From positions 1-20,376 of IMG/VR virus record IMGVR_UViG_2877973648_000005: a stretch of DNA of 20,376 nt; one strand, given 5' to 3'. This stretch comes from a virus. Lineage: Duplodnaviria; Heunggongvirae; Uroviricota; Caudoviricetes. The notes beneath the pieces were generated by a model. It ran no database searches. It saw only the letters and a program-made list of their open reading frames with translations, and was not told the DNA's origin. Below are positions 1-8,897 of this stretch, piece by piece. Numbering within the stretch: position 1 is the stretch's first letter; each line of letters opens with the position of its first letter. Made by a program: the position numbers and the translations under genes.

Positions 1-477
1 ATGAAACTCATCAGTAACGATCTGCGCGATGGCGATAAATTGCCGCATCGTCATGTCTTTAACGGCATGGGTTACGATGGCGATAATATTTCACCGCATC
101 TGGCGTGGGATGATGTTCCTGCGGGAACGAAAAGTTTTGTTGTCACCTGCTACGACCCGGATGCGCCAACCGGCTCCGGCTGGTGGCACTGGGTAGTTGT
201 TAACTTACCCGCTGATACCCGCGTATTACCGCAAGGGTTTGGCTCTGGTCTGGTAGCAATGCCAGACGGCGTTTTGCAGACGCGTACCGACTTTGGTAAA
301 ACCGGGTACGATGGCGCAGCACCGCCGAAAGGCGAAACTCATCGCTACATTTTTACCGTTCACGCGCTGGATATAGAACGTATTGATGTCGATGAAGGTG
401 CCAGCGGCGCGATGGTCGGGTTTAACGTTCATTTCCACTCTCTGGCAAGCGCCTCGATTACTGCGATGTTTAGTTAA
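1..477 (+). CDS. ybhB: YbhB, Raf-kinase-inhibitor-like (PEBP/YbhB-YbcL family) protein
   Basis: 158-aa ORF whose translation matches E. coli YbhB as I remember it; it is the known neighbour of the lambda attachment site on the bio side. Confidence 0.88.
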   Translation: MKLISNDLRDGDKLPHRHVFNGMGYDGDNISPHLAWDDVPAGTKSFVVTCYDPDAPTGSGWWHWVVVNLPADTRVLPQGFGSGLVAMPDGVLQTRTDFGKTGYDGAAPPKGETHRYIFTVHALDIERIDVDEGASGAMVGFNVHFHSLASASITAMFS

Positions 478-567
478 TCACTCTGCCAGATGGCGCAATG
501 CCATCTGGTATCACTTAAAGGTATTAAAAACAACTTTTTGTCTTTTTACCTTCCCGTTTCGCTCAAG

Positions 568-582
568 TTAGTATAAAAAAGC
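568..582. other. attR core (lambda att 15-bp common core, reverse complement of GCTTTTTTATACTAA) with B' arm gctcaag to its left
   Basis: ttagtataaaaaagc at 568-582 is identical to the core at 19032-19046 and in the same orientation; flanked on the left by CTTGAGCGAAACG-type attB sequence. Confidence 0.85.
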
Positions 583-899
583 TGAACGCGAAACATTAAA
601 AACCATTAATATCAATGTGTTACAATATCTTTAGTCTAAAAAATAGACTACATGATGCTACAAAACACAACATATCCAGTCACTATGAATCAACTACTTA
701 GATAGTATTAGTGACCTGAGACAGAGCATTAGCGCAAGGTGATTTTTGTCTTCTTGCGCTAATTTTTTGTTATCAAACATGTCGCACTCCAGAGAAGCAC
801 AAAGCCTTGCAATCCAGTGCAAAGATTTGTGTGCCTCAGTTTTGTCTAAGTGTTCTACTGAAAACATAGTAAAATCGGCAACAGCTGGAAATCATTCAA
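583..899. other. Prophage right-end remnant: diverged lambda-like attP P arm plus ~180 bp of b-region DNA, ending at the IS1 junction
   Basis: Reverse complement resembles the lambda P-arm sequence (CTGTTACAGGTCACTAATAC...CATAGTGACTGGATATGTTGTGTTTT) with substitutions; no ORF. Confidence 0.7.
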
Positions 900-914
900 G
901 GTAATGACTCCAAC

Positions 915-1418
915 TTATTGATAGTGTTTTATGTTCAGATAATGCCCGATGACTTTGTCATGCAGCTCCACCGATTTTGAGAACGACAGCGACTTCCGTC
1001 CCAGCCGTGCCAGGTGCTGCCTCAGATTCAGGTTATGCCGCTCAATTCGCTGCGTATATCGCTTGCTGATTACGTGCAGCTTTCCCTTCAGGCGGGATTC
1101 ATACAGCGGCCAGCCATCCGTCATCCATATCACCACGTCAAAGGGTGACAGCAGGCTCATAAGACGCCCCAGCGTCGCCATAGTGCGTTCACCGAATACG
1201 TGCGCAACAACCGTCTTCCGGAGACTGTCATACGCGTAAAACAGCCAGCGCTGGCGCGATTTAGCCCCGACGTATCCCCACTGTTCGTCCATTTCCGCGC
1301 AGACGATGACGTCACTGCCCGGCTGTATGCGCGAGGTTACCGACTGCGGCCTGAGTTTTTTAAGTGACGTAAAATCGTGTTGAGGCCAACGCCCATAATG
1401 CGGGCTGTTGCCCGGCAT
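915..1418 (-). CDS. insB: IS1 InsB frame (expressed as InsAB' by -1 frameshift)
   Basis: 167-aa ORF overlapping insA in the -1 frame, as in canonical IS1. Confidence 0.88.
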
Positions 1419-1612
1419 CCAACGCCATTCATGGCCATATCAATGATTTTCTGGTGCGTACCGGGTTGAGAAGCGGTGTAAGTGAACTGCAGTTGCCATG
1501 TTTTACGGCAGTGAGAGCAGAGATAGCGCTGATGTCCGGCGGTGCTTTTGCCGTTACGCACCACCCCGTCAGTAGCTGAACAGGAGGGACAGCTGATAGA
1601 AACAGAAGCCAC
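1337..1612 (-). CDS. insA: IS1 InsA (transposition repressor / N-terminal part of the InsAB' transposase)
   Basis: 91-aa [46 protein letters not shown]..., the canonical IS1 InsA. Confidence 0.92.
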
Positions 1613-1699
1613 TGGAGCACCTCAAAAACACCATCATACACTAAATCAGTAAGTTGGCAGCATCACCTTCAATCCGCATGAATTTAAAAAAGACAATTT

Positions 1700-1737
1700 T
1701 TAGAAATAAGCCGGATAAAAAAATAGCTTTATCCGGC
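1700..1737 (-). terminator. Rho-independent terminator downstream of corA
   Basis: Dyad GCCGGATAAA / TTTATCCGGC followed on the minus strand by a T-rich tract, immediately after the corA stop. Confidence 0.55.
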
Positions 1738-1744
1738 ACTCATA

Positions 1745-2695
1745 TTACAACCAGTTCTTCCGCTTAAAGTACAGATACGGTGCCAGGCCCGCGAGGATCA
1801 TAAAGATAATCGCGGCAGGGTAGCCGAAGCTCCACTTCAGTTCTGGCATAAACTCAAAGTTCATGCCATAGCTGGAAGCAACGAGCGTCGGCGGCAGGAA
1901 TACCACGGATACCACCGAGAAGATTTTGATGATGCGGTTCTGCTCGATGTTGATAAAACCCATTGCCGCCTGCATCAGGAAGTTCACCTTCTGGAACAGG
2001 GATTCGTTATGCGGCAGCAGGGATTCGATATCTCGCAGGATTTCACGCGCCTGCTCCAGTTGCCCACCCGGTAAACGCGCTTTACGCACCAGGAAGTTGA
2101 GCGCGCGCTGGGTATCCATCAGACACAGGCGAACTTTCCAGCCGATATCTTCCAGTTCCGCCAGAGTGGAGAGCGCCTCGTCGTACTCATCGCCCTGATG
2201 CCCTTCCATAATCACCCGGCTCAACTGCTCCAGGTCGCTATAGATATTTTCAATTTCATCTGCCAACTGTTCGATTTTGGTTTCGAACAGATCCAGCAGC
2301 AACTCGTAGGCGTTACCGTCTACCATCGACTGGCTACGGGCACGCATACGATACAGACGAAAAGCGGGCAGTTCACGCTCACGCAGAGTAAACAGACGAC
2401 CATCACGGATGGTAAATGCCACAGTGGAGTTACCGGCGTGATCTTCCGCATCTTCAAAGAAGAAGAAGGAGTGAATATGCAGGCCGTCGTCGTCTTCAAA
2501 GAAACGTGCCGATGCTTCGATGTCTTCCAGTTCCGGGCGGGTTGCCAGGCTCTGGCCAAGTTCAGATTGTAAGCGCAGTCGCTCGTCGTCGTCCGGTTCG
2601 ACAAGATCAATCCATACTGCATTTACAAGGGGTTGTGACTCTTCGACTTCCAGCCGGGTCAGTCGGTTATTTTCCAGTTGAAATGCGCTCAGCAT
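1745..2695 (-). CDS. corA: CorA magnesium/cobalt transporter (316 aa, GMN motif)
   Basis: Translation [20 protein letters not shown]...[18 protein letters not shown]...KRKNWL matches E. coli CorA. The ORF track's upstream Met adds 5 codons; the native start is taken as 2695. Confidence 0.9.
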   Translation of the reverse strand: MLSAFQLENNRLTRLEVEESQPLVNAVWIDLVEPDDDERLRLQSELGQSLATRPELEDIEASARFFEDDDGLHIHSFFFFEDAEDHAGNSTVAFTIRDGRLFTLRERELPAFRLYRMRARSQSMVDGNAYELLLDLFETKIEQLADEIENIYSDLEQLSRVIMEGHQGDEYDEALSTLAELEDIGWKVRLCLMDTQRALNFLVRKARLPGGQLEQAREILRDIESLLPHNESLFQKVNFLMQAAMGFINIEQNRIIKIFSVVSVVFLPPTLVASSYGMNFEFMPELKWSFGYPAAIIFMILAGLAPYLYFKRKNWL

Positions 2696-3064
2696 GACCG
2701 GGACTCCCAATGCTTAAAATATCGGACAGTTCGGTGGGCACACAGAAACAAATTGGGTTTCAGACCATTAAACAGCCTGACTCAGCGCGACGGGAAAAAT
2801 TGAGGTCGCTGACAACCGCTAAGGCTATCAGCAAAAAGGGATAGCCTTAGGAGTTGATCCTGGATGACAGGATAGTGAGCCAGTATCTACTGGGTGTGTC
2901 CAAGGCGAATGTCCTCTTAGAGTGATCGTGCGCGCATGTTACGCCAGCAAAATTTTGCCGTCAACACGCAACAGAACACCACAGAACAATAGTTGAACTT
3001 CGCGCTTTTTGGTACTCGTCAAGGTCGCTAACAGGATAAAAAAATCCCACATCCAGGACCTATA

Positions 3065-3352
3065 ATGGCGCATCAGCTACTCATTGGTAAAGGAATGATC
3101 ACCTTGAATCTCAAACGGATTTTTCTCGCCCTCACCTTACTTCCCTTGTTTGCTGTTGCCGCTGATGATTGCGCACTCTCAGATCCGACGCTGACCGTAC
3201 AGGCGTATACCGTTAATCCTCAAACAGAGCGGGTGAAAATGTACTGGCAAAAAGCCAATGGCGAAGCGTGGGGAACGTTACATGCTCTGCTGGCGGATAT
3301 TAATAGTCAGGGTCAGGTGCAGATGGCGATGAACGGCGGCATCTATGATGAA
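3065..3352 (+). pseudogene. 5' fragment of a signal-peptide protein gene divergent from corA (possibly yigE), truncated by the IS1 junction
   Basis: ORF with a signal-peptide-like N-terminus (MITLNLKRIFLALTLLPLFAVAA) runs directly into the IS1 inverted repeat at 3353; its last 9 codons in the ORF track (GDAANLLI) are encoded by IS1. The yigE assignment is from remembered K-12 gene order only. Confidence 0.5.
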
Positions 3353-3407
3353 GGTGATGCTGCCAACTTACTGATTTAGTGTATGATGGTGTTTTTGAGG
3401 TGCTCCA

Positions 3408-3683
3408 GTGGCTTCTGTTTCTATCAGCTGTCCCTCCTGTTCAGCTACTGACGGGGTGGTGCGTAACGGCAAAAGCACCGCCGGACATCAGCGCTATCTC
3501 TGCTCTCACTGCCGTAAAACATGGCAACTGCAGTTCACTTACACCGCTTCTCAACCCGGTACGCACCAGAAAATCATTGATATGGCCATGAATGGCGTTG
3601 GATGCCGGGCAACAGCCCGCATTATGGGCGTTGGCCTCAACACGATTTTACGTCACTTAAAAAACTCAGGCCGCAGTCGGTAA
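3408..3683 (+). CDS. insA: IS1 InsA
   Basis: Identical 91-aa translation to the InsA at 1337-1612. Confidence 0.92.
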
Positions 3684-4105
3684 CCTCGCGCATACAGCCG
3701 GGCAGTGACGTCATCGTCTGCGCGGAAATGGACGAACAGTGGGGATACGTCGGGGCTAAATCGCGCCAGCGCTGGCTGTTTTACGCGTATGACAGTCTCC
3801 GGAAGACGGTTGTTGCGCACGTATTCGGTGAACGCACTATGGCGACGCTGGGGCGTCTTATGAGCCTGCTGTCACCCTTTGACGTGGTGATATGGATGAC
3901 GGATGGCTGGCCGCTGTATGAATCCCGCCTGAAGGGAAAGCTGCACGTAATCAGCAAGCGATATACGCAGCGAATTGAGCGGCATAACCTGAATCTGAGG
4001 CAGCACCTGGCACGGCTGGGACGGAAGTCGCTGTCGTTCTCAAAATCGGTGGAGCTGCATGACAAAGTCATCGGGCATTATCTGAACATAAAACACTATC
4101 AATAA
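3602..4105 (+). CDS. insB: IS1 InsB frame
   Basis: Identical 167-aa translation to the InsB at 915-1418. Confidence 0.88.
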
Positions 4106-4120
4106 GTTGGAGTCATTACC

Positions 4121-4325
4121 GTTTTTTGGCCCCTTCTATGGTGGCTATAATGTAATCAAACTGGATGATGAGTATAAGTATGCTCTTGTCAGTGGTCCGA
4201 ACAGAGAATACCTATGGATTCTGGCAAGGACCCCAACTATTCCAGATAAAGTAAAAGCAGACTATGTGCGAACCGCTCAAAAGTTGGGATTCAATGTCAA
4301 TGAATTATTATGGGTTAAACAATAA
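4121..4325 (+). pseudogene. 3' fragment of a lipocalin (Blc-like outer-membrane lipoprotein) gene, truncated at the IS1 junction
   Basis: FFGPFYGGYNVIKLDDEYKYALVSGPNREYLWILARTPTIPDKVK...LLWVKQ resembles the C-terminal third of E. coli Blc (FFGPFYGGYNVIALDREYRHALVCGPDRDYLWILSRTP...) but is clearly diverged; there is no start codon outside IS1. Confidence 0.7.
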
Positions 4326-4353
4326 AATCCCTACCCGAAATAATACTTATTAG

Positions 4354-4382
4354 AAAAAAACCAGCCTTTGGGGAGGCTGGCT
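4354..4382 (-). terminator. Rho-independent terminator downstream of Q (tR'-like)
   Basis: Stem CCAGCC / GGCTGG with an 8-nt loop; on the minus strand it is followed by seven T. Confidence 0.6.
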
Positions 4383-4480
4383 AAATCAGGAAACAAGCTG
4401 TTATATGATAATAACTACGTTGCGATTCCAACATTTAAAATGTTAGACTAATGACAATCAGACAGCAACTTTTCCTTTAA

Positions 4481-4873
4481 TTATTTCGAACAATCAGCAT
4501 CCATCTCCAATCGGAGAACCAACACCATCAGCATACCCTCCACTACGCCCTCAGCTTTCTGAAGCATCCTGCCAACCCAACAATCAGATCGCCCATGCTT
4601 ACGTGCAAGCGCCATAAAAGTCATGCCGCCGACATAATAGTCCACCAATAAATCATGCAAATCGCTGTTGTTCTTTTTCAGACGGGCCATGCACCCGCAA
4701 ATGATCATCGCGTCATCGTCACAACATTGTGGGCGAGATTTTACTTTTGAAGGAATTAATCCCTTAAAACCGGCGGCAATGGACGACCAGGTCACATCTT
4801 CATGATTATTAGCCGCCCACGCTCCCCAACGCTCAAGAACCATCTGAATATCACGCATCAACTTACTCCACAA
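4481..4873 (-). CDS. Late-gene antiterminator Q, short QuuD-like type
   Basis: Position (last gene of the nin region, upstream of a terminated short leader) and size/sequence resembling the DLP12 QuuD class of Q proteins; the native start may be the internal Met (MRDIQ...). Confidence 0.7.
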   Translation of the reverse strand: MWSKLMRDIQMVLERWGAWAANNHEDVTWSSIAAGFKGLIPSKVKSRPQCCDDDAMIICGCMARLKKNNSDLHDLLVDYYVGGMTFMALARKHGRSDCWVGRMLQKAEGVVEGMLMVLVLRLEMDADCSK

Positions 4874-4943
4874 AACTCAGACCAGAACGCCAATTACAAG
4901 CAAAAATCAACAAAACAGTATTAGTTGATTGTTATCTCTGACT

Positions 4944-5084
4944 TCATACTCCTGCTCCTGTCAGTGTTTTGGCGTAATTCTTCAGTATTCGGTAATCGGT
5001 CAAAACAGAACCGGGGAAACGATATAAGCGCAGACGCCCCCAGCGGTGGCGAAGAAGTTCTGCCATATTAAACTCAAACATCAT
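4944..5084 (-). CDS. Small YlcG-like protein (46 aa)
   Basis: Sub-threshold [49 protein letters not shown] whose start overlaps the rusA stop, as in the DLP12 rusA-ylcG-quuD arrangement. Confidence 0.45.
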   Translation of the reverse strand: MMFEFNMAELLRHRWGRLRLYRFPGSVLTDYRILKNYAKTLTGAGV

Positions 5085-5443
5085 TCATTCCCCATTTCGG
5101 TGATGGTCAGTTCCAGCCTCCCACCTTTGGTAACAGGCATCTTCACAACGCGGTAATCAACGACCTGAGCATCATCCAGCCAGAAACCTGCTTTAGTGAG
5201 TGCGTCAAAAGCGGCTTTTTGCAGATTATCCAGGTCACGGCGACGGCGATCCGGCATGTGGCACTCAATGCGGATTTTCACAGGCATAGCCAGGCCGATA
5301 TCTAGCATTGCGTTTTTAATGATTCGGGCGACGTTATCGCGGTATGCCTGCCCCTCTGCGCTGATGTGCGTGCGTCCGCGATTATGGCGGTAATAGCGAT
5401 TATTGCTCGGAGGCCAGGGTAATGTGATGCTGTAGGTATTCAC
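5081..5443 (-). CDS. rusA: RusA Holliday-junction resolvase
   Basis: 120-aa translation matches E. coli/DLP12 RusA ([26 protein letters not shown]...). Confidence 0.92.
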   Translation of the reverse strand: MNTYSITLPWPPSNNRYYRHNRGRTHISAEGQAYRDNVARIIKNAMLDIGLAMPVKIRIECHMPDRRRRDLDNLQKAAFDALTKAGFWLDDAQVVDYRVVKMPVTKGGRLELTITEMGNE

Positions 5444-5730
5444 GCCTTAATAACCCCCTCTTTCAGCCAGATAACCTGTGTTCTCGCCATACCTTCCAGC
5501 GCGCATTCTTTTGCATATGCAGCATCGACAAAATGTGTGCGGCGGTCGATTTCGTCGTGGCAGGCAGAACATGCAATGGTGGCAATCAGGTCTGGCGGTT
5601 TGATACCGGTACCGCACAATCCAGCCAGCCGGATATGTGCCAGTACAGACGTCTCAGAATTGCCATTACATACGCCAGGGATTCTTACCTGGCATTCCCG
5701 ACCACGCGCTGCTTTTCTCAAATCAGCCAT
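5440..5730 (-). CDS. ybcO: YbcO-like prophage nuclease (DUF1364)
   Basis: 96-aa translation from [24 protein letters not shown]... matches DLP12 YbcO; the ORF-track start at 5769 is an upstream extension. Confidence 0.85.
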   Translation of the reverse strand: MADLRKAARGRECQVRIPGVCNGNSETSVLAHIRLAGLCGTGIKPPDLIATIACSACHDEIDRRTHFVDAAYAKECALEGMARTQVIWLKEGVIKA

Positions 5731-5893
5731 GATTCCTCCTTGCTGCCAGTCGCAACCATTTTTTATCAACCAGGCTAGCGGTATATCCGAGCAGTGTTGG
5801 TATTTCGGATGGCTTCAGCTCAGGCTTACGCTTACGACGATTTGATACTCTGTAGATGTGTCCGTTCATGACACGAATAAGCGGTGTAGCCAT
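5723..5893 (-). CDS. ninE: NinE-like protein (56 aa)
   Basis: Sub-threshold [50 protein letters not shown]...; its start overlaps the ybcN stop (TAATG) and its stop overlaps the ybcO start. Confidence 0.7.
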   Translation of the reverse strand: MATPLIRVMNGHIYRVSNRRKRKPELKPSEIPTLLGYTASLVDKKWLRLAARRNHG

Positions 5894-6348
5894 TACGCCT
5901 CCTGCTTGTCGCGGAGCAGCTGGAACTCGCAGCTCTGCGGAATAGTCAGGTGGCAGCCAATATTCATCGCCCAGGCTTCAACCTTACACAGGAAGACATA
6001 CATCTCTCCGGTATCAAGATTGGAGGTATGACGTAATGACTGAATGGTGGTGATTTCACCGGTTACGACATCAACCAGTTCTTTGGTTTCATAACCGAGA
6101 TAAGTGTGTTTGAGAGCATCTTTTACCCAAGCTGGAGTGGCGAACGTTTTACCCCTGCTGATGAGGTATTCACTGATTTCGCTGTACCACATGTGGCTGA
6201 GTGCATTCTGGGAAAGACTGCGTCTCTCGCGCCACGGTTTAAGCACCATGCGAAAGCATTTGCCGTCCTCCAGATAAGGCTGGATCTGCCGACCGATAGC
6301 GGTGAAGTTACCGCGATGCAATTTGATACCATCTTGTGGGAGGTTCAC
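5893..6348 (-). CDS. ybcN: NinB/Orf-family recombination protein (YbcN-like, 151 aa)
   Basis: [17 protein letters not shown] motif comparable to lambda NinB RSLDQNRKLW...; size and position match DLP12 ybcN. Confidence 0.78.
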   Translation of the reverse strand: MNLPQDGIKLHRGNFTAIGRQIQPYLEDGKCFRMVLKPWRERRSLSQNALSHMWYSEISEYLISRGKTFATPAWVKDALKHTYLGYETKELVDVVTGEITTIQSLRHTSNLDTGEMYVFLCKVEAWAMNIGCHLTIPQSCEFQLLRDKQEA

Positions 6349-6554
6349 GCTTCACCTCCGCAGAGATCAAACGCTGGATGCAAAATATCGCAGGTGCATT
6401 TCTGCATCTGTGAATGGAGAAGAGAGGTTGGATTGTATGTGCGCATAAACGTCCCCGTTTAGCGCAGAAGTCACCGAAGTTGTTCAGGCTCCGATTACTT
6501 AATTATGGCAAGTTGATTATCGCAAATCAAAGGTTTTAATTGTGCTTTATTCTT

Positions 6555-6755
6555 TCAAGCGTTTCCTTCATACCAAAGCCTATAAAGTTTTTCTTCTTCG
6601 TTTGGGTTAATAGGCTCACCATGTTTTAATTTTTCAGTGTACAAAATTGTTGAACAAATCGCGGAAGTTAATCCAGTGATCGCCATCTGCCGCAGATCGG
6701 ATTTTTGTGTCCCCCTCAACAGACGATCTCCCATCCATGTAATAATTGTATCCAT
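6555..6755 (-). CDS. Hypothetical 66-aa protein
   Basis: ORF in AT-rich DNA with a plausible RBS (aagaagg); no recognisable family. Confidence 0.35.
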   Translation of the reverse strand: MDTIITWMGDRLLRGTQKSDLRQMAITGLTSAICSTILYTEKLKHGEPINPNEEEKLYRLWYEGNA

Positions 6756-7347
6756 GCTTCAGCCCTTCTTAGTAAATAGTGTGTAGGGCGACTGAAGGAC
6801 CGAGTTTATGCTTTTTCGCATTGCTTTCAGTTAGTAGACCGGTATAGCACCGGAAACAATCCTACGGCAAATTGGTTGTCTGACCTCTCGGTTTTTCGTG
6901 CATTAACCGATACCCACTACAGTCTCGGCGAAAGCTGCACACCCCCAAGGTGTACTGGTAGCACTCGGCACAGCCTAGCGCGCCACTTTCTTCTCACTAT
7001 CCAGTCTAATTTTATCCCCTAGTCAGACACTCAGATGTAGTGCTCAGCAGCGGCATGCGGGGGAATACAAAAACTCGGACAAAATTGGGCCCTCCTTTTT
7101 GAATCACTCGCGGGGATGTAGTTATTAATACATGGGAAAAGATCTGTTTTCAAATCCAACATTATATGGTTTCAATACCACGGGGTGGCTATGTGTTTCT
7201 CATTATTATTTACAATCTACTGTAATCGCTCCGAACGCAAATGCGTCAATACTCGAATCAACTGATCATCCTGCCACGACTGAAATCTCAAATAGGCCGT
7301 TTCTCAAGTAAGAGATTTTGAATGCATTATTGGCTACTGAAATAAAA

Positions 7348-7378
7348 AACCCAGCGCAAACTGGGTTCATATGAAATT
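7348..7378 (-). terminator. Rho-independent terminator after the secreted-protein gene
   Basis: CCCAG...CTGGG stem followed by TTTTTT on the minus strand, just downstream of the stop at 7385. Confidence 0.5.
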
Positions 7379-7384
7379 TTTTTG

Positions 7385-7879
7385 TCATTTCCAATTGCAA
7401 GACTGTGAAATTTTTTCCACAACCTTATCAATCTCAGACAAGTCAAACTCAACTACTTGCATAGTTGATCCATAAGGTTCAAACCCAAAAATAGCTTTTT
7501 TATGCTTAGCCAAGGTCTTTATAAATTGTATTGGTTGTGGAGCAAATGCAGAATCACCGCCTTCCCCACCTCCCCAAACACTCTTGACCGGCTTTCCGCC
7601 ATCTAACCGCACTGTAATTCTTGGGTTGTCCGAACCCATATAATCATTGAATGATAAATAGGCATCTGTTTTGTTATCACTACAACGCAACACCAGTGAA
7701 GTTGCACGATCAGTACCTGCTTTGTTATATGAATCTGGTGATAAATTAAGAGCCACAAAGTCAGTCTGGTCAGTCATTTTATTTATCTCAGACTTTGTTA
7801 TCCACGGCCCTAACTTCTCTACACCAGCATTTGCTGTAAACGAGGCACTTATAACAAAGGCTAAAATAAATTTTCTCAT
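7385..7879 (-). CDS. Hypothetical secreted protein (164 aa) with Sec signal peptide; moron in the ren/ninA position
   Basis: N-terminus MRKFILAFVISASFTANA is a signal peptide; strong RBS aaggaga; AT-rich codon usage distinct from flanking lambda genes; own terminator. Confidence 0.65.
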   Translation of the reverse strand: MRKFILAFVISASFTANAGVEKLGPWITKSEINKMTDQTDFVALNLSPDSYNKAGTDRATSLVLRCSDNKTDAYLSFNDYMGSDNPRITVRLDGGKPVKSVWGGGEGGDSAFAPQPIQFIKTLAKHKKAIFGFEPYGSTMQVVEFDLSEIDKVVEKISQSCNWK

Positions 7880-8025
7880 AACCCTATCTCCTTGGATTCA
7901 AAGAACTAAATATTATCAAGTCTCTTGCCACTAGAAAACCCACTTTATTTCCAAACTCTGATGGCATTCCTGAAAATCCGCTTCATACTCACTTGCCCCG
8001 CCCTATCATCCTGAGTAGCTAACCG

Positions 8026-8199
8026 TTAAACAAACGTTCGCCAGACCTTACCATCAATGACCAGGATTCCTGCCCGCGTCATTTTTGCCGCAGCCTTATT
8101 TATGCTGGTTAATGTCACACCTGTTGTCGCAGCAACGTCCGGCGCACAGAAGCTCTTGTGCGTCTCCAGATAATGAATAATTGCCTCTTTGCCCGTCAT
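8026..8199 (-). pseudogene. ren: Truncated ren (57 codons; first ~55 residues Ren-like)
   Basis: MTGKEAIIHYLETHKSFCAPDVAATTGVTLTSINKAAAKMTRAGILVIDGKVWRT matches the lambda Ren N-terminus, then diverges to a stop; the ATG overlaps the P stop (ATGA) as in lambda. Confidence 0.65.
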
Positions 8200-8897
8200 A
8201 CAGTTGCTCCTTTCAGTCCGAACTTCGCTTTGATTTCTGCGATCTTCGCCAGAGCCTGAGCCCGGTTAAGTGGTCTACCGCCCATGACAGGAAGTTGTTT
8301 TACTGGTTCAGGTATAGCCTCACCACGGTTAATTCGTGCGGTCATACAGGACAGTTCATCGGCAGCCTTGCGCCGTAATTCCGCGTCAGTCAACGCATTG
8401 GCCCGCATGTTCTGATACAGGTTGGTAACCAGCCAGTAGTGCGCGTTTGATTTCCACGGATAAGACTCTGCATCCGGATACAGCCCGCGCTTCCGGCAAT
8501 ACTCGTAAACCATATCAACCAGCTCGCTGGCGTTTGGCAGCCCGGCGGTAACGGATGCTTCTTCCCGGCACCAGGCGACAAACTGCCCGGGTGATGGCAG
8601 GAATGGTCGATTCTGCCGACGGGCTACGCGCATTCCAGCGTTAACCTGTTCCATTGTGGTGATCCCGTTTTCCCGAAAAGCCAGCACCCACTGGCGGCGG
8701 ATTTCGTTCAGTTCATTCTGGTCACGGTTAGCCAGGCTCGCCGGGAAAGTTGCCAGTAACTGGCTGAACACACCGTTGATGATCTGCGCTACCTGCTGTA
8801 CCTGCGGCTTTTCGTCGTACTGTTCCGGCATGTTGTTGGCGATCCGACGCATCTGCTCACGGTCAAAGTTAACCATCTGTGCGGCGATGTTTTTCAT
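8196..8897 (-). CDS. P: Replication protein P (DnaB helicase loader)
   Basis: 233-aa translation nearly identical to lambda P (MKNIAAQMVNFDREQMRRIANNMPEQYDEKPQVQQ...). Confidence 0.95.
   Translation of the reverse strand: MKNIAAQMVNFDREQMRRIANNMPEQYDEKPQVQQVAQIINGVFSQLLATFPASLANRDQNELNEIRRQWVLAFRENGITTMEQVNAGMRVARRQNRPFLPSPGQFVAWCREEASVTAGLPNASELVDMVYEYCRKRGLYPDAESYPWKSNAHYWLVTNLYQNMRANALTDAELRRKAADELSCMTARINRGEAIPEPVKQLPVMGGRPLNRAQALAKIAEIKAKFGLKGATV

Larger units (their letters stand above)
900..1667 (-). mobile_element. IS1: IS1 insertion sequence, complete 768-bp copy
   Basis: Terminal inverted repeats GGTAATGACTCCAACTTATTGAT (900-) and ATCAGTAAGTTGGCAGCATCACC (-1667); contains insA and insB reading frames; exact 768-bp length. 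Confidence 0.95.
3353..4120 (+). mobile_element. IS1: IS1 insertion sequence, second complete 768-bp copy, inverted relative to the first
   Basis: IRs GGTGATGCTGCCAACTTACTGAT (3353-) and ATCAATAAGTTGGAGTCATTACC (-4120); insA/insB ORFs identical in protein sequence to copy 1. Confidence 0.95.

Noticed and set aside
226-571. ORFs 226-438(-) and 383-571(+) overlapping ybhB and the att region
   Set aside because: They lie antisense to or overlap a well-supported gene, or run through the att core; no RBS support.
949-1641. ORFs 949-1239(+) and 1429-1641(-) inside IS1 (and their mirror images 3781-4071 and 3379-3591)
   Set aside because: Frames antisense to or alternative to the known insA/insB genes of IS1.
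1926-2697. ORFs 1926-2198(+), 2198-2572(+), 2320-2622(-) and 2416-2697(+) overlapping corA
   Set aside because: Antisense or out-of-frame overlaps of a confidently identified gene.
1745-2710. Initial impression that this CorA-superfamily gene was zntB (which would place the locus next to the Rac prophage)
   Set aside because: The translation has the GMN motif (YGMNFEF) and matches E. coli CorA along its length. The flanking ybhB and ybhC genes and the lambda att cores place the window at attB(lambda), not at Rac.
3065-3379. 104-aa ORF as an intact gene
   Set aside because: Its last 9 codons are encoded by the IS1 terminal inverted repeat; the gene is truncated at 3352.
3065-4325. A single gene simply interrupted by IS1 (5' part at 3065-3352, 3' part at 4121-4325)
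   Set aside because: The upstream fragment is not lipocalin-like while the downstream one is, and there is no 9-bp target-site duplication flanking the IS1.
6780-7340. tRNA or tmRNA in the ORF-free nin segment or at the att site
   Set aside because: No cloverleaf with a GTTCGAATC-type T-arm and acceptor stem could be drawn by eye. Lambda attB is not tRNA-associated. A structured RNA is still possible and is kept as a finding.
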